Source: a virus. From it: a DNA stretch of 64,000 bases. The number at the start of each line of letters is the position of its first letter. The stretch's first letter is position 1. A program made the translations under genes and the position numbers. The stretch covers positions 46,269-110,268 of the IMG/VR virus record IMGVR_UViG_3300045988_168232; one strand, given 5' to 3'. Under the pieces are notes generated by a model. It saw nothing but the letters and a program-made list of their open reading frames with translations, did no database searches and was not told where the DNA came from. Below are positions 1 to 9,081 of this stretch, piece after piece.

Positions 1-1
1 A

Positions 2-991
2 GGATCACAATTTGAAAAGATTATTAGAGCTATTGTCGAATCAGAGCTTTATGGGTACTCACTTATTGAGATTATGCCGGAACTAGATTCGGAAACTGGC
101 TTGCTTAAAGAAGTGAACAGTATTGAAAGACGATGCGTATTGCCTGACCAGCGTCGTGTCGTACAGCGTTGGGGACAATGGACACCGGGTTGGGATTTGG
201 ATTCTGAACAATACAAGCATAATTATATTCTCGTGAATAATGGTGGATTTGGATTATTTGCCGCAACCACTCCCAATATTCTTGCCCAAAAATATACATT
301 AAGTAATTGGGTTAATTTCAGTCACACTTATGGGCAACCGATTATTCATGGAAAGACAGGTGCCGAAGACAATGAGTCAAGAAGCAGGTTGGCACGTAAA
401 ATCGCTTCAGCAGCCCAGAATAAGGTTCTTGTAACCGGCAAAGAGGATGAGATTGACATTAAGGCTTTTACTATGTCAAACTCTGAAAAGATTTATGAGT
501 CGCTTGCGAATTATGTCAATAAGGAGAATGACAACTTAATATTAGGGTCTGAATCAATGGCTGGCGGTATGCAGTCTTATGTCGGCTCAACTAAAGCCCA
601 TGAGAACATATATCGTGCAAGAATCAATTCTTATCGTACAATTGTAGAGAATGTGATGAATGAGCAGGTGGTTCCGGTTCTCAGATATTGGGGAATAATT
701 TCAGATGATGTGTATTTCAAGTACATGACTAAGGTGGAGATGTCAGACGAGAACAAAATCAAATTGTTCGATATGCTTACCAACAAATATGAAATTGACC
801 CGGAAGAAATAAACAAAGAATGGGGTATCGAAGTCGGGCAACAACGTAACTTTGAATCCAGTAACGGTAGTGATAGCATAGGTGATTGGGGAGATGGTAA
901 TGAAGACGGTCATAGAATGAGCGATGAGGAATATTACAAACGTTATGGGCACCATAGGGATAAAGTAAATTTTCTGTCAGGGGTGCATTAA
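2..991 (+). CDS. portal protein, Mu gp29/DUF935-like; 5' end lies upstream of the window
   Basis: The frame of ORF 74..991 stays open back to nt 2 (GSQFEKIIRAIVESELYGYSLIEIMPELD...), so the gene is cut by the window edge. It lies directly upstream of a Mu-F-like gene, protease/scaffold and capsid, which is the Mu head-module order. The family call comes from gene order and recalled sequence character, not a search. Confidence 0.6.
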   Translation, partial: GSQFEKIIRAIVESELYGYSLIEIMPELDSETGLLKEVNSIERRCVLPDQRRVVQRWGQWTPGWDLDSEQYKHNYILVNNGGFGLFAATTPNILAQKYTLSNWVNFSHTYGQPIIHGKTGAEDNESRSRLARKIASAAQNKVLVTGKEDEIDIKAFTMSNSEKIYESLANYVNKENDNLILGSESMAGGMQSYVGSTKAHENIYRARINSYRTIVENVMNEQVVPVLRYWGIISDDVYFKYMTKVEMSDENKIKLFDMLTNKYEIDPEEINKEWGIEVGQQRNFESSNGSDSIGDWGDGNEDGHRMSDEEYYKRYGHHRDKVNFLSGVH

Positions 992-1035
992 AAGGCGGAT
1001 GCACCTCTAAACTTTCACAACAGGTAAAAGCTGTC

Positions 1036-1878
1036 ATGACAACAGAACAACAAGCTCGACATGATAGTGAATACCAGTCATTACAAGCCTTATTCATATC
1101 TTTGTTAAGATCTTTACGTGATGGAAATACAGAAGAATCTCTTTATGCTTTATGCGAACTCAAGACTGATTTGGCGTTTAAATATGTGCTGGATGGACTT
1201 GGGGTGGGTTACGATGAAGCCATTATATTGATTCAAAGTGCTAATGACGATAATTTGACACAACATGACAAAGATTTGAGGGATCGTTTGATAGCTGCCA
1301 TTCAGAACCTTATTGATTTTTCTGTTTGTGAGGAATACCAGCTTTATGATGAGGCTGTTGAAATGCTGGGGGACGGTGAATTGGATTTTAACTCGGAAGA
1401 TTATGAAGATTTACTGGCAATATGTGAAAAATATAATGATACATACGCTTCCATTGAAAATAGCGATATTGAATATGCCGGGAAAATAGCTGCCATGTGG
1501 ATAAGAATGTCTGCCAATGATTATGTCGTGTACTGGACCCAAAATGATGCTAAAGTTCGTCCGTGGCACATGGCTTTGCAGGGATATGCGGCACCAAGGG
1601 ATGAGTTCCCGTCGTGGATGATACCACCAATAGAGTATAACTGCCGGTGCTTTCTTGAAATTCTTGAAGTTGCTTCTGTGAATGGAAAATTGCGTCAATT
1701 TAAAGGGGCGGCTAAAGGTATTGAGAAACCTCAAAAGATAAATGATGTTTACAGTGAATCTTTAGCTAAATGTGGGAGGATTTTTGGACCGTCACACAAT
1801 TACTTTACCATAAAGGAGGGTGATAGAGAAATGCTTCAAGGCTTTGTAACAAAACTAAAAGAGAAGTATTATGTCTAA
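1036..1878 (+). CDS. head morphogenesis protein, Mu gpF / SPP1 gp7 family
   Basis: The C-terminal half carries the family hallmark VRPWHMALQGY...PPIEYNCRCFLE (RPxH ... NCRC). It sits immediately after the portal. Confidence 0.8.
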   Translation: MTTEQQARHDSEYQSLQALFISLLRSLRDGNTEESLYALCELKTDLAFKYVLDGLGVGYDEAIILIQSANDDNLTQHDKDLRDRLIAAIQNLIDFSVCEEYQLYDEAVEMLGDGELDFNSEDYEDLLAICEKYNDTYASIENSDIEYAGKIAAMWIRMSANDYVVYWTQNDAKVRPWHMALQGYAAPRDEFPSWMIPPIEYNCRCFLEILEVASVNGKLRQFKGAAKGIEKPQKINDVYSESLAKCGRIFGPSHNYFTIKEGDREMLQGFVTKLKEKYYV

Positions 1879-2782
1879 AGCCAAATTTGATCCAAGTAAA
1901 TTTTCTACGCGATGGGGAATCCTGTATTATGATGGTCAAACAGCCAGCCAATACAGGATAAAACAATATAATAGATACGTTAAAGGAGCTGGTGGACGCA
2001 TAACGTCAGTCCCCAAACAATATAACAAATATTTTAGTCAGGGAACCAGTTTTACAACAAGGCAGGGGCATCTTCAGTCGTGGGCAAAACCATTGACTTT
2101 AAGAGGTGGGCAAAACCCTAATTATAATTGGAGTAGAGTCAGTTATAGTGATTTCGATGGTGTCATAAGAAAAGGTTCTTCAAGTGGTCGTTGGGGTGCA
2201 GATATTAATCAAGGCAAAAAGGGTGTTTCTGGTTCAGCAACTATGCTTGCCGGAACAAAACAGTGGATACGCCAAATACAGATAAGTTTGCACCAGTTAT
2301 ATGTGAGTTCCGAGAATTTTCGTGTTGTTGCAGGCCGGCGTGCTATGAAAGTATTTCAAAACTCATTTAAGTATCAGCAATTTTATAGTAATAAGTCTCA
2401 TAAATGGGCTTCGTTATCATCATATACTCTGAAAAAAAGAGCAAGGCGTGGCACAGGCAGCAAGATATTGAAAGAATATGGCGATTTATATAATTCAATA
2501 AGAATAGACGAACACGCAGGCTTATATGCCACTCGTGTATATACTGATGTGGTTCATGCCAATGCCTCACACCACAAAAAACATAGTATCTGTTATGCTG
2601 GATATCACAATGAAGGGAAAGGTACTTATGGAAGTGGTTGGAATGGGCATAAGCCTAAATCTTATATCCGCAGACAGTTTATGGGGCATTCAAGTCATCT
2701 GGACCCATTTACGGACAATTTCATGAAAAAGATGATGAAGCTTTATTTATTCGACAATGTATTCCTCGTCAAGAAGATATAA
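1871..2782 (+). CDS. virion protein; possible Mu gpG-like virion-morphogenesis domain in the C-terminal half
   Basis: The start overlaps the upstream stop by 8 nt. The segment FQNSFKYQQF..KWASLSSYTLKKRARRGTGSKILKEYGDLYNSIRI fits the F..W..L..T..R...IL..G.L..SI pattern I recall for Mu G-like proteins. Its position matches Mu G. Confidence 0.35.
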   Translation: MSKAKFDPSKFSTRWGILYYDGQTASQYRIKQYNRYVKGAGGRITSVPKQYNKYFSQGTSFTTRQGHLQSWAKPLTLRGGQNPNYNWSRVSYSDFDGVIRKGSSSGRWGADINQGKKGVSGSATMLAGTKQWIRQIQISLHQLYVSSENFRVVAGRRAMKVFQNSFKYQQFYSNKSHKWASLSSYTLKKRARRGTGSKILKEYGDLYNSIRIDEHAGLYATRVYTDVVHANASHHKKHSICYAGYHNEGKGTYGSGWNGHKPKSYIRRQFMGHSSHLDPFTDNFMKKMMKLYLFDNVFLVKKI

Positions 2783-2783
2783 G

Positions 2784-2798
2784 CTATTATCTATAAAG
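2784..2798 (+). promoter_or_regulatory. CTATTAT...TAAA motif (candidate phage promoter)
   Basis: CTATTATCTATAAAG lies 23 nt upstream of ATG 2807. It is identical to the 15-mer at 56821. Confidence 0.4.
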
Positions 2799-2806
2799 AC
2801 AATGTT

Positions 2807-3553
2807 ATGATTATAGATAAAAAGAGCAACAAAGTTCTGAGTGGAAACAAGTCAAGTGTATTTGCTTTAACGGATAAGGAATCAGAGAACCAAGTTGTAG
2901 AAACACCCACTCAAATTGAGCCTGGTGGCCCGATGGATGTATTAAAAGCCATCAAAGAAATTCTTCGTGGAGTCACGTGGGAATATGGCGTTGAAGGTAG
3001 TCCATTGATTTTTAAAACAGTGCAAATAGATGATGGTCAATATGAACGAATCATATCTTCAAAAGGAAATCAGGAAGAAACGATGGGGTTCCCTGCCGTT
3101 TTTTTTCATTTTATAAATTGGCATTATCTGGTTCAACAAGCAAGAATAAATGAAGGTCGTGCAGTTCTCAGAATTCGCTTTATACTTAACAGTTTAAATG
3201 TCCATGAAGATGGGCATGATATGGATGTGTATTATGTGGCTGAACGTATTCATCAGACAATTCAAGAACAGATAAGTCAATATGAATGTCTGCAAGAACG
3301 TTGTCAGTTACAATATATTGACCCGATGGAAAGTTTTGATCATGGCTTACAACCTTGTTGGATGACTTATGAAGTTTGGTTTAAGCAAGCAAATATCTGG
3401 ATTAGGAGAAATAAGGCGTATAAGAAATTTGTTTGTCCGCCATTTACAAATCATGCAGATCAAGACAAATCTATTGAAGGAATAAATCCTAATAATCATA
3501 CAAATCTGGACCATCCAATCACTTATGATGAGGCTACAGAATTTGCACCATGA
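2807..3553 (+). CDS. hypothetical protein (head module)
   Basis: A 248-aa ORF co-oriented within the head module and preceded by CTATTATCTATAAAG at 2784. No recognisable motif. Confidence 0.55.
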   Translation: MIIDKKSNKVLSGNKSSVFALTDKESENQVVETPTQIEPGGPMDVLKAIKEILRGVTWEYGVEGSPLIFKTVQIDDGQYERIISSKGNQEETMGFPAVFFHFINWHYLVQQARINEGRAVLRIRFILNSLNVHEDGHDMDVYYVAERIHQTIQEQISQYECLQERCQLQYIDPMESFDHGLQPCWMTYEVWFKQANIWIRRNKAYKKFVCPPFTNHADQDKSIEGINPNNHTNLDHPITYDEATEFAP

Positions 3554-3621
3554 TTTATGTGTAATAATTTGATAATCAGTAATGTATAATTGCTTTTTAC
3601 ATAAATATTTATTATTGCATA

Positions 3622-3636
3622 CTATTACTAATAAAT
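3622..3636 (+). promoter_or_regulatory. CTATTA...TAAA motif (variant)
   Basis: CTATTACTAATAAAT lies 24 nt upstream of ATG 3646. Confidence 0.3.
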
Positions 3637-3645
3637 TGAAATACA

Positions 3646-4893
3646 ATGGCAAAGCAACAAGGGTTTAAGTTTATTAAAGGTGTTTGCAGTACTGGTAGCC
3701 CGGCGGACATTTTCCTTTATACAGATGTGGACTACTGGAGTGTTGATAACTTTCTTTGGGAGTTTGATTACCTGATTAATTATGTGAATCCAAGCAAAAT
3801 AAGAATACATATCAATTCTGTAGGAGGAAGCGTTGTAGAAGGTATGAGTGTATTTGCAAAGATTCAAGATTGTGCTATACCGACAGAATGTATCAATGAT
3901 GCTTTGGCGGCTTCAATGGGGTCAATTATTTGGGCTGCTGGTGATGAACTGTATATGAAAGACTATGCGTTACTAATGATTCATAATCCATTTTGCGATG
4001 TAAATGGGAATAAACAATATGACCAAACAACAGAAGCTTTTACAATGCAATTAAAAACTATTTACATGAAACGCTTCGGACTTAGCGAAGAGGATGTGGA
4101 AAATATTATGAATGGTAAAGATGGCGAAGACGGTACATTCTTGACAGCGACCCAGGCAATTGAAAAGGGCTTTGTTAAAGCCGACCATGTTATTGAAACC
4201 CCTCAAGCCGTAAAAGACAAAATAAATGCTGCTTTAAAAAGCAGTAAGGATATAGTTCAAATTAAAGCAGTTTATGGATTGATCTCATCTACGTTACCAA
4301 CAGCTACTATTAACAAACAGAATATCAACTCAATTTTAGAAACAATGGAAAAGAACGAAATTACTGTTTTTGCCGCTCTCCTTGGATTGACAGGAGAAAA
4401 GGCAACGTCCGAAAATGTTTCTGCAAAGATTAATGAACTGAAGGCAAAAGCCGATAATGCTGATGCCCTTCAGAAATCACTTGACGAGACAAAAGGTGAG
4501 CTGACAAAAATCAATGCGGAACTTACCGGCGCAAAAACTTCAATCAAGAATTTGACTGAAGATTTGGATAAGACAAAAACGGCCCTGAAAGTATATCAGG
4601 ATGCAGAGACAAAAGCCAAAGAAGAAAGAGTTACAGCACTCATCGACAAGGCTATTGCAGAGTGTAAAATCAACAAGGAAGAACGTGAAGCCTATACCAC
4701 TATGGCCCAAAACAATTTTGAACTTGCTGAGAATGTGTTGTCAAAAATTCCGGCACGAGACAATTTGGGGCAAATCATTTCACAGGCAAATAAAGGTAAT
4801 GCAGAAAAAGGAGTTCAAACTGAACAGCAAAGGGTTTTTGCAAAGGTGGATGAGGTTGTAGGGAAAGACTTCAAATTCCGTACCCTTAGCTAA
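3646..4893 (+). CDS. prohead protease (ClpP/S14-type) fused to a coiled-coil scaffold-like C-terminal region
   Basis: ClpP signatures are present: INSVGGSV, ALAASMGS (Ser nucleophile context GxAASMG) and LMIHNP (His). Residues ~230-415 are heptad-rich in K/E/A/L. It lies directly upstream of the capsid gene. Confidence 0.75.
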   Translation: MAKQQGFKFIKGVCSTGSPADIFLYTDVDYWSVDNFLWEFDYLINYVNPSKIRIHINSVGGSVVEGMSVFAKIQDCAIPTECINDALAASMGSIIWAAGDELYMKDYALLMIHNPFCDVNGNKQYDQTTEAFTMQLKTIYMKRFGLSEEDVENIMNGKDGEDGTFLTATQAIEKGFVKADHVIETPQAVKDKINAALKSSKDIVQIKAVYGLISSTLPTATINKQNINSILETMEKNEITVFAALLGLTGEKATSENVSAKINELKAKADNADALQKSLDETKGELTKINAELTGAKTSIKNLTEDLDKTKTALKVYQDAETKAKEERVTALIDKAIAECKINKEEREAYTTMAQNNFELAENVLSKIPARDNLGQIISQANKGNAEKGVQTEQQRVFAKVDEVVGKDFKFRTLS

Positions 4894-4920
4894 AATTATT
4901 ATAACTAAATTTATACAAAT

Positions 4921-5973
4921 ATGGCAGCATTTAATTTTAACGCAGGTCAGACCAACTACACCGGTGAGGTACTTGAAGATCTTTTGACCCTTACCGCTCA
5001 AGACAATGAGACTTATAAGGAAGGTCTTATTCACATTAAGTCGGGCATTCAAAAGAAATACGCACTTCCGAGTGTTCGTCTTGGCAAGATTATCCAAGAT
5101 CATAAGCCGACTCCGAATTCAAGTCAAGGCGAATATGAATTTGCAGAACGCTATTTGGAGCCGGAAGATTTTATGGTTTATTTGGAATTCAATCCTCGTG
5201 ATTTTGAGCAGTATTACCGCCCGTTCCAGCCGAAGGGCAATTTAGTGTTCCGTGAACTTGATCCGAAAGTTCAGTCTGTTATGATTCGTTTGTTGATGGA
5301 GCGCAAAATCGAATACATTAATCATGCCATTTGGTGTTCAGCAACGACAGAACAAAAAGCAAAGGTTGCTAGCTCTGATGGCAATATAACCGCAGGTAAA
5401 ACTGAAATTGGTAGTGATGATGATGCTGGTCCGATGAAATATTTCAACGGTGCAATCGTGCGTATGCTTATGAATTCAGCAGCAGAAGAAACTTCTGAAG
5501 ATGCCAAATGTGGTCAAATCAAAGTTGCTGGAACAGGAACTTTTGCTGATGGTGCAGCTGTTGAAAAAGAACTCTATGCGATGTGGCAGGCTACAGCTCC
5601 GAAAGTTCGTAAAAAGAGTGGTTTGGTTATCTTAATGGACTATAAGTCATGGGATGCCTATAATCAGTATTTGTCCGACAAGACAATGAAATACAACGAT
5701 AACCGTACTGAAAATGAGCATCGTTTTCAGGGTAAACGAATCATTCCTATGGTTGCATTACCTGATGACACAATCATTATGGGCTGTTTCACAACCGGTG
5801 TTGATTCTAACCTTTGGATGGGTATTGATTACGCCAATGATGAAGAGGTTCTTCAGGTTGAAAAGCTTCAAGCTAATTCAGAGTTATATTTTTTCAAGAT
5901 GTTGATCAAGATGGACGTAAACATTGTTCGTCCTTCTGAAATCACGGCACACCTTCCGTTCAAATATGAATAA
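4921..5973 (+). CDS. major capsid protein (by position)
   Basis: A 350-aa ORF immediately after the protease/scaffold, followed by a hairpin. Size and position are typical of a major head subunit. No diagnostic motif could be read by eye. Confidence 0.6.
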   Translation: MAAFNFNAGQTNYTGEVLEDLLTLTAQDNETYKEGLIHIKSGIQKKYALPSVRLGKIIQDHKPTPNSSQGEYEFAERYLEPEDFMVYLEFNPRDFEQYYRPFQPKGNLVFRELDPKVQSVMIRLLMERKIEYINHAIWCSATTEQKAKVASSDGNITAGKTEIGSDDDAGPMKYFNGAIVRMLMNSAAEETSEDAKCGQIKVAGTGTFADGAAVEKELYAMWQATAPKVRKKSGLVILMDYKSWDAYNQYLSDKTMKYNDNRTENEHRFQGKRIIPMVALPDDTIIMGCFTTGVDSNLWMGIDYANDEEVLQVEKLQANSELYFFKMLIKMDVNIVRPSEITAHLPFKYE

Positions 5974-5985
5974 TAAACAAGTGTT

Positions 5986-6008
5986 AGCGAGGGTACATAA
6001 TCCTCGCT
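5986..6008 (+). terminator. hairpin after capsid gene (possible attenuator)
   Basis: AGCGAGG (5986-5992) pairs with CCTCGCT (6002-6008). There is no strong T-tract after it, so the call is weak. Confidence 0.3.
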
Positions 6009-6028
6009 TCACTTAAAAAACTTACAAT

Positions 6029-6325
6029 ATGGGCAGAACAAGCAAAAAAAACGAGGCTGTTAATATTGAGGAACAAACAGTAGGAACAGTTCAAGAGGAA
6101 CAGGTTGCTCAGGAATCACATGTCACTGAGCAAGCATCTGAACAAGTATTGAACAAATCTGAAAAAAAGGAAGAAATTCCTCCTCGTGTGGCAGATCTGA
6201 TGCGTCTTTATCCTCACTATGAGGAGCTTTGGATTACCACTAATGGGTTTGTACATCCAGTTGGAACTCCAAAGTATCTTTTGAAAGATGCAGTCCTTTA
6301 TAAGAATAAATTTTATAACAAATAA
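6029..6325 (+). CDS. hypothetical protein
   Basis: A 98-aa ORF between capsid and sheath-like genes with an acidic, Q/E-rich N-terminus. Confidence 0.5.
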   Translation: MGRTSKKNEAVNIEEQTVGTVQEEQVAQESHVTEQASEQVLNKSEKKEEIPPRVADLMRLYPHYEELWITTNGFVHPVGTPKYLLKDAVLYKNKFYNK

Positions 6326-6336
6326 AACTCTTTACA

Positions 6337-7710
6337 ATGGCTACGAATACTAATTTAGGAGGTGTTTTTACCACTGATATTGATGGTAAAAAGACCAGTA
6401 ATGTGTTCCTCAGCACAGAAAATGTTGTTGGTCTTATTTTTGATACCAGTATCGTTGGTGGGCTTGAAAAAGCTCTTGGAACAGATACTGTAGCAGCTAA
6501 AGCTTTTGCAAATGGAAGTGTTGTAGAGCTTAATACTTCAAAAGATCTGAAAGAGGCTGGTATCGACGAATCTGTTTTGGCAGGTATCGCAAAATACCAT
6601 CTTGATTGTTTCTTCAGTCTTGCTGGTGGAACGCAACGTATCTTTGTTTCATTTATGAACAGTGATGATGACGCTGATTTTGAAGCTGTAGAAAAGATGC
6701 AGCTTGCATCCGGTGGCATCATTTATCAGATTGGTGTATGGACTGGAAAACCTATTGCTACTAAAAACGGTGATGATTCTTATTCGGTTGAAGCGGGCAA
6801 TATCTGTGCTAAACTTGAATCTGTTGCTGAAATTTTAGGGGGTAAGGTTGGCATAACTAACTATGAAGGTAATGCTCCATTAAACATTTTACTTAATGCG
6901 CCTATCATAGATGAGGCTGTTGTGGATTTGAAAAAACTTCCTGATCTCAGTGAGATGGATTTTCCTAAAGTAACTGTACTTGTTGGGCAAGCTCCTACTG
7001 ATACAGTTCATAAGCTTATGTATGATGTCAATCATGTAAATGACTCAACTGAATCATTTGCCCCGGTTGGATGTGTTGGTGCTGCTATTGGATGTTTAGC
7101 GGTTGCCCCGGCAAATGAAAGTATCGCTCATGTCAATGGATTTAATCTTGCCGCAGTAATGCAGGATGCAGAACTTGGTTTTGGCAATATTGTTAAAGAT
7201 GATGACAATGACGTTTATGGATCTGAATCTTCATTTACCAATATTAAAACAATTGGTTATACCAAGCGTAACACTTATCTTCACAAAAAAGGCTATGTTT
7301 TCTTGACCAATTATGACGGGCTAGAAAATAGTATTTTTTTCAGTAGCGATCAGACACTCAGTATTGGTGATTATCGTACAATCGCACGTTGTCGTGTAAT
7401 GCATAAAAGTCGTAGAGTTGTTCGTCGTGCTCTTTTGCCACGTGTAAACAGTAATGTTGAGATTGATGTAACGACAGGAAAATTGTCCGCTTCTGAAATT
7501 GCAGAATTTCAGAATATTGTGATTCAGGCGCTTGATATGAATATGGTCGAACCTGGAACATCGAAACCGCAAATTAGTGGCCGTACATGTATTATTGATG
7601 AAAATCAAGATGTGCTTAACACTGATGCGATTGATATTCATTACAGCCTCGTACCTCTTGGAGTTACCAGTGTAATCAATGTTACAGAAGGGTTCACGTC
7701 AACCATTTAA
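6337..7710 (+). CDS. tail sheath-like protein (copy 1)
   Basis: A 457-aa ORF followed by a ~166-aa tube-sized ORF, a chaperone-sized ORF and the tape measure, which is the sheath-tube-chaperone-TMP order. It is collinear with a paralogue at 9082..10365. Confidence 0.5.
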   Translation: MATNTNLGGVFTTDIDGKKTSNVFLSTENVVGLIFDTSIVGGLEKALGTDTVAAKAFANGSVVELNTSKDLKEAGIDESVLAGIAKYHLDCFFSLAGGTQRIFVSFMNSDDDADFEAVEKMQLASGGIIYQIGVWTGKPIATKNGDDSYSVEAGNICAKLESVAEILGGKVGITNYEGNAPLNILLNAPIIDEAVVDLKKLPDLSEMDFPKVTVLVGQAPTDTVHKLMYDVNHVNDSTESFAPVGCVGAAIGCLAVAPANESIAHVNGFNLAAVMQDAELGFGNIVKDDDNDVYGSESSFTNIKTIGYTKRNTYLHKKGYVFLTNYDGLENSIFFSSDQTLSIGDYRTIARCRVMHKSRRVVRRALLPRVNSNVEIDVTTGKLSASEIAEFQNIVIQALDMNMVEPGTSKPQISGRTCIIDENQDVLNTDAIDIHYSLVPLGVTSVINVTEGFTSTI

Positions 7711-7743
7711 CGCCAAAGTTTAACCATATAAAACTATATAACA

Positions 7744-8244
7744 ATGGCAGCAGAAATTAATAATGTAGCATATAGTTGGTCTATGATTCAACTTCAGACC
7801 AATTTTGATGGAGAAAGCGCTCAAGCCCCCATCTTTGTGGATTGTACCGCAATCAAGTGGGACACGAAACGAAAAATTGAATCCATCTATGGACTTGGCG
7901 GTCAGCCTCGTAAACGTGGTTTTGGAAACGTAACTTATGAAGCAAGTATCACATTGCCATATGGCACTCAAATTGCTTTACGTGACAAATCCACTGACGG
8001 CACGTTGTTAGGTCTTGGAGAATTCAATCTGATTGTAAGTTGGGTAAATGATGTGGCGGCAAATGTAACATCAGAAACAGTCACTCTTGCCGGATGTATC
8101 CTTGCTGAAGGTGGTATGGATGCGAGTCAAGATGATACTTCAATTACCAGAGAATTTGATTTGCATCCGCATCGTATTTATACTGGAAAGGTTCAATCCA
8201 ATGCAAACATGAGCTGGTCTCACGAATTGTATGGCGGTGCGTAA
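7744..8244 (+). CDS. tail tube protein (by position and size)
   Basis: A 166-aa ORF directly after the sheath-like gene, followed by terminator 8278-8306. Confidence 0.45.
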   Translation: MAAEINNVAYSWSMIQLQTNFDGESAQAPIFVDCTAIKWDTKRKIESIYGLGGQPRKRGFGNVTYEASITLPYGTQIALRDKSTDGTLLGLGEFNLIVSWVNDVAANVTSETVTLAGCILAEGGMDASQDDTSITREFDLHPHRIYTGKVQSNANMSWSHELYGGA

Positions 8245-8277
8245 TCGGTTTTCTTGTTTTATACTATCAGTTGTTAA

Positions 8278-8306
8278 GGGGCGGTCAGAAATGGTCGCCT
8301 CTTTTT
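8278..8306 (+). terminator. rho-independent terminator-like hairpin
   Basis: GGGGCGGTC / GGTCGCCTC forms a stem with G-U wobbles and a 6-nt loop, followed by TTTTT. A CTATTAT motif follows at 8326. Confidence 0.5.
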
Positions 8307-8325
8307 ATATATTTTTTGAGGTTTA

Positions 8326-8337
8326 CTATTATATAAT
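8326..8337 (+). promoter_or_regulatory. CTATTAT...TAA motif
   Basis: CTATTATATAAT lies 20 nt after terminator 8278-8306 and 76 nt upstream of ATG 8402. Confidence 0.4.
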
Positions 8338-8401
8338 GATGGCGCATCAAATACGCCTCACTGAAGTATAATTTATAAACAATTAAAAACCAATTACAGC
8401 A

Positions 8402-8818
8402 ATGGCAAAAGAAAAGAAAACAGAAGTAGTCGAAGACCGACAGGCAACCCCAGCTATCGAGTTCATCAACGATGTGAATGTTCCAATTGAAGTACGTGAG
8501 AAAATTGTAAAGAAAGCAGAAGAACTAAAATCCCAGCACAAATTGCGTAAAATCTTCATCATTGTTGTTGAAGGTGAGGATGGGGATGATAAGCCTCTTT
8601 ATATCGCTTATTTACGTCGTCCGAGCCTCATGCATTTCAGTCAGTATATGAATTTTGTCCAAAAGGATTTGGTACAGGCAAATAAAATGCTTGCAACCAA
8701 TGTGTTCCTTGAAGGGGATCGTGAACTGGTTGATGATGATGAGTTGTTCTTGTACGGCACAATGCAGCAACTCAGTCATTTAATTGATTCTCGCAATGCT
8801 GACATGGTAAAGCAATAG
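8402..8818 (+). CDS. tail assembly chaperone (gpG-like, by position)
   Basis: A 138-aa acidic ORF between the tube and the tape measure. A -1 frame extension is open from 8803 to 9018. Confidence 0.45.
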   Translation: MAKEKKTEVVEDRQATPAIEFINDVNVPIEVREKIVKKAEELKSQHKLRKIFIIVVEGEDGDDKPLYIAYLRRPSLMHFSQYMNFVQKDLVQANKMLATNVFLEGDRELVDDDELFLYGTMQQLSHLIDSRNADMVKQ

Positions 8819-9018
8819 AGCGTTGCCGGATAGGTAAAGAAGATTATTTTCGACAACGCTTTGCACTAACCGCACACTACTATCCTAATTTAGATTTTAG
8901 CACTATGAGCATTGAGGATTTTGCCTTTTGGTCAGAGAATGCGTATTGGATGCATTCACAAATGCTTATGGTACAACAAGCAAATTCATTAGGTACACTA
9001 ACAGGCGGTGCAAAATAG
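8803..9018 (+). CDS. possible -1 frameshift extension of the chaperone (gpGT-like)
   Basis: The -1 frame is stop-free from 8803 to TAG 9016-9018 (71 codons). It overlaps the last 5 codons of the chaperone ORF. The only slip candidate is the non-canonical G_GTA_AAG at 8806-8812. Confidence 0.25.
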   Translation, partial: HGKAIERCRIGKEDYFRQRFALTAHYYPNLDFSTMSIEDFAFWSENAYWMHSQMLMVQQANSLGTLTGGAK

Positions 9019-9028
9019 AATGGAAAAA

Positions 9029-9056
9029 TAGGGGCTATTATGGCTCCTATTTTTTA
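9029..9056 (+). terminator. rho-independent terminator-like hairpin
   Basis: TAGGGGCT / GGCTCCTA forms a stem with a 5-nt loop, followed by TTTTTT. The ATG at 9040 lies inside this hairpin. Confidence 0.5.
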
Positions 9057-9062
9057 TTCGTA

Positions 9063-9073
9063 CTATTATAAAG
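9063..9073 (+). promoter_or_regulatory. CTATTAT...AAA motif
   Basis: CTATTATAAAG lies 7 nt after terminator 9029-9056 and 19 nt upstream of ATG 9082. Confidence 0.4.
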
Positions 9074-9081
9074 AAAACAAT

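Noticed and set aside
6240-6722. A 160-aa minus-strand ORF overlapping the start of the sheath-like gene. Similar antisense ORFs occur at 45663..46163 and 56079..56669.
   Set aside because: Each lies antisense to a + strand gene that has clear motifs or a paralogue. None has an upstream gap, motif or terminator of its own. They are treated as spurious.
9040-9081. ATG 9040 as the start of the second sheath-like gene.
   Set aside because: This ATG lies inside the terminator hairpin 9029-9056 and upstream of the CTATTAT motif at 9063. The encoded MAPIFYSYYYKENN has no counterpart in the paralogue, whereas MAQLSY... from 9082 does.
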